A DNA stretch of 50,837 nucleotides, filler included, from Catajapyx aquilonaris (Eukaryota): the NCBI GenBank assembly GCA_000934665.2. It is 3 parts of 3 records of this genome, joined end to end, with 100 filler letters (N's around TTAATTAATTAA, not from the genome) between each part and the next. Parts side by side here need not be neighbours in the genome. Positions count along the whole stretch, not along the records: positions 16,899 to 33,839 come from KZ539638.1; positions 33,940 to 50,837 come from JYFJ02007081.1; 1 more part is not named here. One strand, 5' to 3'. Numbering within the stretch: the first letter of the stretch is position 1; each line of letters opens with the position of its first letter. Positions 22,701 to 34,989 of the stretch are shown piece after piece. A program made the translations under genes and the position numbers. Under the pieces are notes generated by a model. The model saw nothing but the letters and a program-made list of their open reading frames with translations, made no database searches and had not been told where the DNA came from.

Positions 22701-25700
22701 NNNCCCCCCCCCCTCCCCCCCGTGACCAACCGTGGTATATCCTTATCAGCAGACCCCCCCTCCCCCCAAAACGGTCACGTGGTATATGGACGACCCCTTA
22801 AGGGGAGGGATGAATGTGGGGAAGGGTAGAAGCAGGTAGAAGCAGGGGCGCCGAAACGGGTGGGTAGCTGTGACGTCACGATAGGGGGCCAGCTTTTCCA
22901 TAAGGGGGCTATGGCGGGAGCACGGTTTTGTACACATTTCAGCGAATTTCGTCATACCAATGCATCGGAGGCCCATGACACCCTCTAATTTATGTCAGAT
23001 TGTCAGGGAAATAATGTAGGGATTCCAACGGCACCAAATTCGATTGAGTATGTGTGCAATGTGTCTGCAGTTAGAGGAAAAAATATTTAATTTGGTGTTC
23101 CAATTATTACGGGCCCATGGCGGCTTGAGGGCCCGTAAGGCACTCAGATTTCAAGGTGGGCACGTGCCCACCTGGGCCCACTCGTGCGCACGCCTAGGCG
23201 CCACACCCACCTAGGGCCGGCCGGCCCTGGTTGCGCAGTATCGGTCACATTAACCCTTTGAGGGCTACGTGCCTCATATGAGGCCCTGCGTGTTTTTGAA
23301 CTGGGCTCTGGGCAGTGGCGGATTTAGGGGGGGGGGGNNNNNNNNNNNNNNNNNNNNNNNNNNNNNNNNNNNNNNNNNNNNNNNNNNNNNNNNNNNNNNN
23401 NNNNNNNNNNNNNNNNNNNNNNNNNNNNNNNNNNNNNNNNNNNNNNNNNNNNNNNNNNNNNNNNNNNNNNNNNNNNNNNNNNNNGTAAGGGTTGTGACCT
23501 GCTTCTACCAGCGAAAAAATTTCGCCTGCGGCGGGCCCTCCACGCCCCCCCCCATACCCTTGTGCCCCCCCCCCCCTAGAAAAAATTCCTGGATCCGCCG
23601 GGCACGCTAGTGTAGACAGAAATGGCGCAGTTTGAGGCTCAAACTGCTCGTACCACCTCGTGGAAGGGGGCTCAACTACCATGGCGTATGCTCATGAGTT
23701 TTTCCGCTTCCCAGCGTTAGCTAAAAATACCCCCTCCCGCGTCGTCAGAACAAGGTGTCCCGTAAGTCTGGATTCTTAGGAATTTCTCATAGTACAGTGT
23801 TTTAGTATTATTTTGTAACCATAGTGACAATTTTATAGTGCCTTTAAAATTTATATAAATTTAAATGCATTTAGAGTTAATTACACTTTAAAAATATCTG
23901 GAGCCCTACAGATTTTTTTTTTTTTTTGCATTTTACATTCAAAAGGACCACCACGAGTTAAAATGATTAAAATTGGAGCATACATTGTTTTTCATTAATA
24001 TCACTCCTGTACAAATTTTCACCAAGAAAATAAAAAAACGGCCGAAAAAAACTCCGCCGTCAAATGGTTAATGTGGAATGGTCAGCCTGTATAGTGTAGC
24101 GGTAGCCTATAGTTTACAGATGGTGTTGGTATTGTGACACCATGTCAGAGTGACTGCTTCAAGCAGCTCCTTTCCCGCCACTTGGAATGAATACAGATGC
24201 AGAGGTGTGGTTTTGTGATGGGCAATTATACTTTTGTTCGGCGCGGACATAACTGCAACGAGCATTAAGCTGTAATCGCCTACATGTCGCGACTTCACTT
24301 TCCCCTCCCAAAAGGGCAGCAGGCTGGCCTGGTCATGAGGAGGCGGGGTTTGTCAGCACCCACCTACCACCTAGGGCATGTGTTGGGGGGAAGCGCCGGG
24401 GGGGAAGCGGGGGGGAAGCCCTCGTCAGTCAGGATGAAATTTTGCATGTAGACGGGTACCGAACATTAAGGTAGGGCTATAACTCTACAAGGCTACGCAA
24501 GTAGCTATGGACAGCTCGGATCAAGTGTAGATCCTAACGATTTCAAACATAGGTATTCGTAAGTACTCGACTTGTTGACGGTGAGATTAACCAACACTCT
24601 GAAATATTAATAATTAATTAGTGATTGCCTGTGTAGGCTACTATAAAATAGTTAGAGACTTAGAGTAGGCTATACGGTAGGGCCTGAGCTCATGGGTTTT
24701 GGTACAGTTCTTATGGATGAGATAATTGTCATAAACAACAACACCTTGATTCCCATTATTTCTCATATTTACGTATTTCCGTGTTTTAGGTGCCGTGCAG
24801 CCCAGACCCTGATCCGAATGTGTATCTCAGTGTGATTTCTGGACTGACAGATGAGAGTTGTACGCCTGGCGACGATCTATTAGAGTGTATTGATTGCACT
24901 AAAGTGAAATATTGTAACCCAGCAACTGATACTTGGACGGATGGTGGTTCATGCCCACCTAATAAGTTTTGCGACAATTCAACTGCTCCAAAATCAACAT
25001 GCAAAGAAGATGTTCCGATCTGTGTACCCTTTGAGTGTGGCGAAGAGGGTATATTTCCCGATCCCTACGACTGCAAAAAGTACCACGAATGCGATGCCAG
25101 TCTGAATGATCTTCGCAAAACCTGTAACAACAAAAAAGCATTTAATTCAGCTACGAAGATGTGTGATGCTAAATTACCTGATGACACCTGCACATCATCG
25201 ACTGGATTATGTGCTGGAACAGCCTCAGATGTTAAGAAAAAGGTCTCTCAAGATTGTATGTTGTATTACACATGTGAGACATCGTCGCATTACACAGGAG
25301 CTCTTGTACCAGTCATGAAGAGTTGCGGAAGTGGGGCATATTTCAAAGAGGACACTACAAATGCAGATGGTGGATCTTGCGTAAATGTTATTGGACTCGA
25401 CGATGTAAGTAAAGAAGATCCTGTCACATGCCTGCAACCATTGGCTGAATCTGGAAGTCATTGCTTTAAACCCGGCGGTTGGAATGTCTATCCAGGCACA
25501 ACAAATGTATGCCCTACAGTTGGGCACCTGTGTTCGAAGTCGAATGAGGAGATCACTAACGTCACATGCCCTGATGGCTATGGTTATGATAGTGACAACA
25601 CATGCAAAGAATTGAAAGAAGTAAATGCATGTACAGACTTGTGCATCAATGCTGCTGTCAAAACACTCGTAAGAAACGTAGACGATTGCACGAAATATTT

Positions 25701-26151
25701 CGTGTGCAAATATAAGGGGGCTACACCAGAAGTAGCTGCGTGTCCCAAAGGCCAGGTATTTGATGATGTAAAGGGAGATTGTGGTAGCCCGAGCAACGTT
25801 CCAATGTGTTTAAATCGGATCTATCCTTCTTCGACGGAATCGTCTACGCCGAGTACAGAGCCCTTTACCATCCCAACTGTCACCCGCAGGTCCGACCCAA
25901 CTGGTAGGCCTACTGCTGCACCGACCACTCCACAACCCATAATTTCCACCACACAACACATAATTCCCACCACACCATCATTCGTCTGCACAAAACCCGG
26001 CTACGTTCCAAACCCACCTGATGCTCATTGTACCAACAAGTTCTTCGCGTGCATTCCCGTTAGCGGACATTACGTCCGGAAGAATGTAACGTGCCCTTCT
26101 GGTTACATATTCTGCGGAGGACCAGCATGTTGCAAGGGACAGTGCCCATAG
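19510..26151 (+). CDS. Secreted chitin-binding peritrophin-A (CBM14/ChtBD2) multi-domain protein with Thr/Pro mucin-like linker, ~542 aa (copy A)
   Basis: Exons 19510-19542, 19603-19646, 20168-20357, 24790-26151, all GT-AG with consistent phases (0,2,0). Signal peptide MNESALSLAFVALGLSLCVAGAHG; repeated 6-Cys domains (e.g. CGEEGIFPDPYDCKKYHEC...CNNKKAFNSATKMC); AATAAA at 26270. Confidence 0.9.
19706..20017 (-). mobile_element. tRNA-derived SINE with (TAA)n tail, in intron 2 of copy A
   Basis: Minus strand has TGGTCTAGTGG (A box) and GGTTCAAATCC (B box); (TTA)n at 19706-19781. Same family as 33098-33381; absent from copy B intron 2. Confidence 0.87.
20762..21136. mobile_element. PIF/Harbinger-like MITE(s), duplicated or nested foldback
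   Basis: AAGGTGCGTTTACATG (~20819) / CATGTAAACGCACCTT (~21136), plus a second pair GCGTTTACATGTGAGCGATT (20765) / AATCGCTCACATGTAAACG (~21020). Confidence 0.65.
21758..23230. mobile_element. Nested GC-rich hAT-like MITE fragments
   Basis: CAGGCGTGCGCA (21758) / TGCGCACGCCT (~23195); ends TCCGGCCCTG (~22186) and GGCCGGCCCTG (~23229). Confidence 0.5.
22416..22797. mobile_element. PIF/Harbinger-like MITE with TTA TSD
   Basis: TTA|GGGGTCGTCCATATACCACGTGACCG ... CGGTCACGTGGTATATGGACGACCCC|TTA; perfect 26-bp TIR; interior partly gap. Confidence 0.85.
23254..24067. mobile_element. piggyBac-like non-autonomous element (TTAA-flanked) containing a nested CAGTGGCGG hAT-like MITE
   Basis: TTAA|CCCTTTGAGGGC ... 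GCCGTCAAATGG|TTAA; nested CAGTGGCGGATT (23313) / GGATCCGCC (~23599). Confidence 0.55.
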
Positions 26152-26714
26152 AAGATTCAATACTAAACGAGTAGTTCTCTACAATGTCTACATTACATGT
26201 GCGCATATTGTTTGGTGTCCCTTGTGGATAAATTCACAGCAATGGTTTTTTTCGTCAAATTGTATGGCTAATAAAGTGGACGGAACAAACTATTAAACTA
26301 ATTCAGACTTGCTCATTCATAATACAGGAAAAATCGTCGTCATCATTGCGCTTTATGCCATGTACAGAAAACGAAATTTTGATGGCAATAAATAATTTGA
26401 GCTCTATTTATGAACTGAAATATTTGCAGGTATACTGTGTATACGGTATAACGTTTGTATTAAATAAGTTGCAGGGCCAGGTGCCGAGGTGCGATTGACA
26501 TGCAAGTGTAAGGAGAAGTGAAGGGCAATACGACACCTTATAGTTGACCAAACTCATTATTCAACCATACCCATACCTCTATGTATTAGTGATACAAGGA
26601 AAACACTCGGCTACTTGACAGTTGACATACGTCGGTCTCAGACACACATTTTCACACTGTAGTTCACCCAGGGTTCACCAAATTCAAGCACACGAGTGAT
26701 GCTACACTAGTCTC

Positions 26715-27390
26715 CTAGTCACAACACAAAAACTGTAATCTCCTGGGATGTTGACGTGAGAATAGATCCAGCACTTCTTCCATTGTGACATCCACTTCTC
26801 GATGTATATGTGGTGACAAGCCCAAACCAACTAGTCGCTCTTCATTCATCGTACCTCTCAGCCAAGTCTTTAGTCTTCTCAAAGTTGAGAAAGATCCTGG
26901 CGTGGCAGTTGTGACAAGTATGATGGCAAAGATGTGGACAATACGCTCAAAAGCCGAAACGACAATGGGGGACTCCTGGTTCAGGTGGCACAATGTATCA
27001 ATTGCAGTATTGCACTGCATGGCTTACTTTCCTGAGTACACCAATACTGCTTCCACATGTCCATTTCTGCTGACATTGCAGATGTACTTGTCAGGTCATC
27101 TTCATATTCGCGGATAAGTGGTCCTATCATAGTGAAGTTCCACGTAGACTTGGGCACCTCGTGCGGGAGTATGAATTGGGCCCGAAACAAAGATGATTTG
27201 CACCATACAGTCCAAAAATTGGAATATAGGCAGCCCTCCGATAGTAGTCCTCAGGTGTTGTGGCTGGCACATTGCTTCTGTGCACTTGCTGTGCTGCAGG
27301 TCTTGGAAGAGAGTTCCTGTGCAAGTCCTGCAGCTGAGCTACATATTTCGCCAAAACTAGCGTTGCTGTTTTCTCTTATTTCCTTCAACT
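26715..27390 (-). pseudogene. hAT transposase relic (C-terminal dimerization domain; ZMYM1/THAP12-like Tip100 clade)
   Basis: VTTAT-SFSTLRRLKTWLRGTMNEERLVGLGL..IHREVDVTMEEVLDLFSRQHPRRL and LPR..QQVHRSNVPATTPEDYYRRAAYIP, split over several frames. A possible TIR CCGCCACTG at ~27713-27721. Confidence 0.9.
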
Positions 27391-28800
27391 AATAACTTGA
27401 GATTTGTTCCAGTGTTGCACCATGATTGACATTCAGTTAACTGAATGTCAATCATGGTGCAACACTTGAACAAACCGGTGTTGTTGTTGCTGTTGTTGTT
27501 GTTGGTGGTGGTGGTGGTGGTGGTGGTGGTNNNNNNNNNNNNNNNNNNNNNNNNNNNNNNNNNNNNNNNNNNNNNNNNNNNNNNNNNNNNNNNNNNNNNN
27601 NNNNNNNNNNNNNNNNNNNNNNNNNNNNNNNNNNNNNNNNNNNNNNNNNNNNNNNNNNNNNNNNNNNNNNNNNNNNNNNNNNNNNNNNNNNNNNNNNNNN
27701 NNNGGGGGGGGACCGCCACTGCGCGAGCTATTCCAATTACATTATTTGCTGAGATAAGGGGCTACAACGACGAGATATCAAAATATCCTTGCAGGTATGC
27801 GTCCCTTCTCTCGCTCTTGCAAGCGCATTAGGGTCATCCATCTACGTACTGTGCACAAGCTCATTCATTTCATTTTCAGAGAACTGGCGTCACTTGTGAT
27901 GCCAACAGAATGACGTCACGTTGAAAGTGTACCAATATAATGTAACCACGTGACAGTGCAAATATAAATCGTGTAGGCTATCACCATAACTTAAAATTAA
28001 AACCGTCAAAATAGTGACGAACTACAACATCTGTTTTGCAAATGTTGTTTACTTGTCAACCGGACAGAATTTCTGACACTTTTTGCTATAATTATCAGGT
28101 TTTATCACCATCTGATAGCACGAGTATTTGCAAACAATGGATGTACTGTAACCTTAATTCAGATAATGTCCTGTACGCCTTAGCTTGTCACATCTCATAA
28201 GAAAACCTTCGATGTCCCACCCAGAAAATCTTGATAATGTACTTTTGCGCATCACTATGAACTGATGGTATAATTGTCCTAAGTTTTATCTTTGTCATTG
28301 GTTGTCCTACAGAAGTGTAGTGTTGCGTACAGTGGGTAAAAAGATAAGTACCAATCAATATATACAACTTATGTTACAGCGGGGAGACATTACGATCTGT
28401 GGGTAACAAAGGGGAGGGGATTAGGTAAAATAAATAAGGCAACCAATACATTCGCGATTTGGGAACCAAATGAAAACCTAGTGGAGAATAATTACCCCAT
28501 AAAGATCTGTGCAATACTCCAAATTCAAACCTTTGTGTATTTCAAAATCAGTCAATCTTGTCTTTGATCATTCTGCACTTCAGGTCTGTAAATCAAAAGC
28601 GGAAAGATTGCAGTTAAGTGATTACTGTCTTCATCCCGTCTTACCGCGTCTTACCAGGGGACTTCTATGATGAAACCCGGCCTAATGATCATTATTGATA
28701 TCTTATCGACTACGGCGACACTGTACTTCTTATAGTGCTGCTTTTGCGCATCCAGTCTCATATTGAGGTGTCGCTTTGTGGAAAATTGAGATAGTTCAAA

Positions 28801-31148
28801 ATGGGAGAATCAGTTTTATACCATGCATTTGTGGTAAGATTGACATCTTACCATGGGCCCGTCACAAAAATACTGAAATATTATTTGTTACAGGCGCTTG
28901 TGCTGAGCCTGTGCATTGCTGGTGCTCAAAGTAGAGAATAAGTTATTTAATATTGTGTTATAACTTTTCATATCTTTATATTATAGCATTGGGCTTCTGT
29001 AAATGAATAGCCTTATTTTTGTCAAGCATTTCTAATCGGCAAACATTCTCTGCATTTAAAAAACATTCCTAATTGAAAGTGTTTTTTTTCCGACCAGCAT
29101 TGGAATGACTAGGCTGGAAGGTGATGACAAATGTGAATTGGGAACTGTCTACCCACATCCAGATGACTGTCGCCAATTCTACAAGTGTGTGAAAGTAATG
29201 GAAAAAGCAGAGATTGTGATACGCACATGCTTCGACGGGGAAGTTTTTAATCCAACATTGAATCTGTGTTACCCTGAAGATCCGAAGGTACATAGTTTCA
29301 CACTCACTCGTTCTAATTATGAACTGTTGCTAATTAAGAGGGCATAGAATTAATACATTAAATTTGTTTGATCTCTTCTGCATTCATTAATCTCTAATGT
29401 CAGGAATTGGCGAAATAGCTAGGGATTCTTACCAAAACACAATCATAATAACTTATTTACAATCTATAGATTGTAAATATTATGTGTTTACCCTGACTTG
29501 CATTTCCCTCGCCTACTCCCCCTTTCCTGCTTGATTATACGTAACATGTTTATTTGAAAATTATGTTACCACCTCTCATTGGCCGTTACACCGATTTGCA
29601 TAACTAACTAACCGTCTTACTGATGGTGAGATTTACTCACACTCGAAACTCTTAATCAATGATAATAACCTGTTTATCATATTAAAGTATTGCAATGACT
29701 GCGTTTGTGGGCTTTCTTGCAGTAAATTATGGATTGACTTAATTTTCCTAAAAGCATCTTATTGATCTTTATTATTTGTCATTTTTATTTCCGTGTTTTA
29801 GGTGCAGTGTAGCCCAAACCCTGATCCGAATGTGTATCTCAGAGTGATTTCTGGACTGACAGATGTTAGTTGCAATCCTGACAAAGAAACCGCAGTGTGT
29901 ATTGATTGCAGTAAATACAAAATATGTGACCCAGTAACTGATACTTGGAGGGATGGAGGTTCATGCCCACCTAATAAGCTTTGCGACAATGCAACTGCTC
30001 TACATGCAAAATGCAAGGATGATGTTCCGAGCTGCGTACCCTTTCAATGTGGCGAAGATGGTGTATTTCCTGATCCCTACAACTGTAAAATGTACCACTT
30101 TTGCGATCCCGGTCGGCATGATCATCCCATAGCCTGTACCAACGGAAAAGCTTTTAATCCAGCTACCCGCATGTGTGATGTTGAATTACCCGAAGAAAAA
30201 GACTGCAAACCTTCACCACCAATTGAATTATGTGATGGATCAACTGACCCGACTGTAAAGAAAGCGTTCGATAACGATTGCATGATGTATTACATGTGTG
30301 AAAGATCGTCACTTTACAATGACGTTCTAACACCAGTCATGAGAAGTTGCCTCGAAAATGCAGCAACCCCATATTTTAAGGAGGACACGACTTCTAAGAC
30401 TGGTGGAGAGTGTGTAAGTGTTGCTGGACGCGACGATCTAAGTGGCCTTAATCCTGACAAATGCAAGATACCATTGGCTGAATTTGGATATCACTGCTTT
30501 AAACCCAATGCTTGGAATGTCTATCCAAGCTCACCGAATGTACCGGTATGTCCTACAATTGGGTATGAATGTTCGGACAATAAGGAGGTGATCGGTAAAA
30601 CCATATGCTCTGATGGTTATGGTTTTGATCCAGATCAGACAATGATGTGCCAACCATTTAAAGACGTAGCGGGATGTAATAGTTTGTGCACTAATGCTGC
30701 TGTCAAAGTAAAAAACGTATATGATTGCTCGAAATACTTTGTGTGCAAATATAAGGGAGACACATCACCTGACGTAGCTACGTGTCCCAACGGCCAGTGG
30801 TTTGATGATGGAATTGGGAAATGTGATCATCCCAGCAGTATTCGAACGTGTACATATTGGAACGATCCTTCTTCGAGGAATCGTCTACTCCGAGTACTTG
30901 ACTGACTCAACTGGTAGGTAAGCCTACTGCTGAACCGACTACTCCACAACCCATAATTCCCACCACACCATTCGTCTGCACAAAACCCGGCTACTTTCCA
31001 GACCCACCAGATGGTACTTGTACCAACAATCAAGTTCATCGCGTGCATTCCCGTTGGAGGACATTACGTTCCGAAGCATGAACACTGCCTTCCTGGCCAC
31101 ATATTCTGCGGAGGACCACCAGCATGTTTCAAGGGACAGTGCCCGTAG
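28801..31148 (+). pseudogene. Paralogous peritrophin-A/CBM14 gene copy B, probably pseudogenised or truncated
   Basis: Exons 28801-28833, 28894-28937, 29098-29287, 29802-(30905; ancestral stop 31146-31148) colinear with copy A. Intron-2 donor is ATAAGT instead of GTAAGT; 1-bp deletion at ~30877 and further 4-bp insertions disrupt the linker and last domain. Confidence 0.82.
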
Positions 31149-31953
31149 AAGATTCAATACTAAACGAGTAGTTCTCTACATTACATGTACGCATATTGTT
31201 TGGTGTCCCTTGTGGATAAATTCACAGCAATGTTTTTTTGGTCAAATTGTATAGCTAATAAAGTGGATGAAACAAACTATTTGAATTAATTCTGACTTGC
31301 TCATTCATAACACAGCAACAATCATCGTCATCATCGCGCTTTATGCCATCTACAGAAAACGAAATTTTGAGAGCAATAAATAATTTGAGCTCTATTTATG
31401 AACTGAAATATTTCCAGGTATACTATGTATCCGATATAACAAATCATGAAACTATGTTCTGAGTGCTCGAGAATTAACGACGATTTGGATAGTGCCCCTT
31501 TGGACGATTACTAATCGCCGCAAGGTGACGCAATTTGGACGATTCCAAATCGTTATTTATCAATCTCATTTACTGACTTTTAACAAGTGTTAAAATAGTG
31601 GCACTAAACAATCTGATGTTCATCCTTACAAATGGGAAATTAATGCAGTTTATTTATTTCATTCATTTAGGCCTAGATACAGATAACGAATGACCGCAAT
31701 AATGACTTATAGCATGTCTCACCAACTTACGCGACCATAATTTATATCTAGGGCATATAGAGCACTGATCAGATGATCGCAAACGTTGTAAGTAGAAGCC
31801 ACACAACGCATCTATGATCTATCCCTATTTAGCGTCTTGTCTGTCTCACGATGTCGCCATAATGCTTTCTGCAACACCATTGGTTGCATAAGATTAGCAA
31901 CAGGTGACTGATATGCATGGGCTACTGCGTGTTGAGTCAGATTTTTATTATCA

Positions 31954-32739
31954 CCGTATTACCTCACTTACTGAGGCATGCTGGTGTAGGCGAGGTCGAC
32001 CAGTTTTTAGAAATGCTATACCGACATGCTGGTCTAAGCGAGGTATGCCGGTATAAGGTGAGGTTTTCTTAAGCACTGCATTGTTACTATCTCTGTGAAA
32101 ATTATTATTACTCACATGAATGCATTGCACCATGCCGTTCTACGGTGCGGATACAGCCCAGGACACTTCTGTTGCCTGACACATCCCAGCATAAGATCGT
32201 TATTGCTGAGTTCTTTCCTGGCAACATTTTCAATTAAAAGTGCCAAGCTGCAAGAAGGGAAGCATACCTACCAGGATATTTCATACTTTGGGTTAGGATT
32301 ATCTGAGTAACGAGGTGATACCACTACACAAAGTAATCCTCTGATTGCCAACGAGATCTGCGACCAGCGAACTATACATTGAGCAAAAATGATCAAGGGC
32401 TGAAGGAATTTGCCTTGATCCCTTGTAATGCTTATGGGGGCTTCTCCTTGGGTTTCTCTCAAGCAGGCTTGAATATGGGATTGGTCACATTCTTATGCTC
32501 TGTACAACAGATGAACTTGGATATTCTCACAGCCCAGTAGACCTGTACTTGCCCATTTTTCACCGTAGCATTATTTTAGTACAGTACCAGATGCATTCCA
32601 AAAATTTTGTCCAGGATCAAAATGATGGAAATCTACCTCGGATATTGCGGCATGCCGGCCACCCCCGGGTTATACCGGCATGCTGGTCGACCTCATTTTA
32701 TACCGGCATTCTGCAATAAGTGAGGTACCGTAATACGGC
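31954..32739. mobile_element. Non-autonomous TIR element with subterminal repeats
   Basis: CCGTATTACCTCACTTA...GAGGTCGACCAG vs CTGGTCGACCTC...TAAGTGAGGTACCGTAATACGG; repeated ATACCG(G/A)CATGCTGGTC. Confidence 0.65.
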
Positions 32740-33097
32740 ATTTGCTTTGAGTGCATGCAATAGCTCTCACTTTCAGTCAAACTGAGGAGAAAGATTATCA
32801 TTAAAAAATTTCAATTTCAATTTATTATTATCCTAGTGGGCTGTCTGCCCTTTCAGGGGGCTTCCCCTTCTTTACATATTATAAAAATATTACAAAATAT
32901 ACCAAGATTACCCTAAACCATACCCGTCCAAAATGAAACCCGCCTTACAAATTAACATCTTTCCAGCCCTGCCACTCTTTATCGACCAATACAATATCAC
33001 GAAAAGATTTTATGAACTCAGAGATATGGGGCAGGCAGGGTGTTTCAGAAGCTGCGGAGACCAAAGCCCCCCATCCTTCTCAAGAAGTAACATAGCC

Positions 33098-33381
33098 GGG
33101 GGGCATGGAGGTCTAGTCTCTAGTGGCTATATGCTACGAGGCTACGGACCAGCCAAGCGGGAGGTCCGGGGTTCAAATCCCGTACCCTTCACCTCTGCTT
33201 GGTCGGGTCTTTTTCCGCTTTTTACCCGACATGTCCGGGCAGACTAACTTGCACTTCCTTCTCTGCCCAGGGTCAGGAGAAAAGGTCTGGTGTATTTCAG
33301 AAAGTCAGAAATGACTATAATTACAGCGCCCTCTCTTGGCCCTAAGAGGGCCCCTGGCCCTATCACAGGGTATTTAAAAAA
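33098..33381 (+). mobile_element. tRNA-derived SINE (same family as 19706-20017)
   Basis: CTAGTGGCTAT...GGGAGGTCCGGGGTTCAAATCCCGT...CACCTCTGCTTGGTCGGGTCTTTTTCCGC; near-TSD AAGTAACA(TA)GCC on both sides. Confidence 0.82.
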
Positions 33382-33625
33382 AAGTAACAGCCTAATTGTT
33401 GTGAAAGCTTCACTTTCCTTAGAATTATTATGATGTCCTTAATATGATAAAAAATTAATACCATGAATTACAGTATTTCAAAAATTATGCCTAAACGTGT
33501 CAATTGAGCGCTACAAATATGGCTTTGAACGGAAATTGGGTTTCCTCTTATAAGATAAATTCCTACCAATGCATTGCATTGCTATACTAGACATGCAATG
33601 AAATAGTATAGGAATTTATCTTACA

Positions 33626-33839
33626 CTAGCAGCGGTACCCGTTCTTCGCACGGGGAAAAAAAGAGCGTGGATAATTACGCCGAAATCTTCTCAGATCTCA
33701 GGCAATATTAAATGCAAAACTGCTCATTCCCTTGCATATGTATAGGCACTGTGGAAGGGTGGAAAAAATTCTGGTTTGTTTGCGTAATAAAGAGCCACGC
33801 AACTATGGCTATGTGGTTATCAGAATACAAAAAGGTGGG
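33626..33839 (-). mobile_element. Helitron-like 3' end
   Basis: Minus strand CCCGTGCGAAGAACGGG hairpin, 8 nt, then CTAG followed by T; runs into a gap. Confidence 0.5.
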
Positions 33840-34052
33840 NNNNNNNNNNNNNNNNNNNNNNNNNNNNNNNNNNNNNNNNNNNNTTAATTAATTAANNNNN
33901 NNNNNNNNNNNNNNNNNNNNNNNNNNNNNNNNNNNNNNNACGGACGGGGTTGCCAGGGAACGGGCTACAATATAAGCAGCTTAGGCCGAATTTGTCAATA
34001 ACTAAAACGACAAAAAAGTTTGATCACCCTGTATATGTAGAGATAGTTACAG

Positions 34053-34298
34053 CAGTGCTGCTTCCCAATTTATTTCGTAGGCGACCCCAAAAAATCGCCT
34101 TGTAAAATTTGCGACCCCCTGTATGTGCACATTTCGATCCGCCAACATGAAAAAACAGGTATATAAACAGTGAAATGATCTTACCTTATGGTCATGCTTT
34201 TCAAAAAAGATATCACGATAAATTTTGTGAAAATAATTTGTTACCCTCCCTCGCGACCCCGAATATTATTTTCGCGACCCACAATTTGGGAAGCACTG
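34053..34298. mobile_element. hAT (Charlie-like) MITE
   Basis: CAGTGCTGCTTCCCAA / TTGGGAAGCACTG termini; internal GCGACCC x4; degenerate 8-bp TSD. Confidence 0.7.
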
Positions 34299-34878
34299 GA
34301 TTACCGTGATCCAGAGAACCCTGGTCTGTAACGTATTGTACATAAAATAAGTGTATCTTTGATTGCCAATACATTGGGATTACATCACATCCTTTGTGTT
34401 TCCTTTGGAGTGACCGAGAAACATTCGATCCTATTCATACGTATATGAAGAAGACGTTGTAACCAAGTTAGTGTTACAAAGTTACACTGTCCAACGCATA
34501 ACAGATAACCCACAATGACATGCACAATGAAGACATGTTAGGTTTGGGTCGAGGACGAATTTGACATTGATCAGCATCACGCGAGTCGCCATATAAAATC
34601 GGAAGTGTCTTCCAGAAAAATAAGGATATACGGCAAGTCTTTTGTGGCCCATATTTGCTTAATAAATATATTACTGTTCGAGCAGCTAGCTGACATATCG
34701 GACGATTGGAGTCCGCGTCTTTTGGACGGACCACAAGAACAGATTCCAAGTGAAATTCATTTGTTGGTGTTGGTGTTGTTGAAATACTGTATAATTATGC
34801 AATAACTTACGTCGTCGCTATCAAAGCCATATGATAAATATCGGGTCGTGTCTTCTTTTCTATTCGCATTAGTTAAAC

Positions 34879-34989
34879 CAGGGATGGAAAAAGTACCGCT
34901 TCCTTCCAAGAAGCGCTTCTTTTTTCCATGTGCAGGGATAGAAAAAGAACCGCTTACCGCCCAAAGAAGCGGTTCTTTTTCCATCCCTG
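34879..34989. mobile_element. 111-bp hAT-like MITE with perfect 8-bp TSD
   Basis: CAGGGATGGAAAAAGTACCGCTTC / GAAGCGGTTCTTTTTCCATCCCTG; TSD AGTTAAAC at 34871-34878 and 34990-34997. Confidence 0.85.

Noticed and set aside
22322..23682. ORFs spanning N-runs (also 27357-27831)
   Set aside because: Open only because of gap characters.
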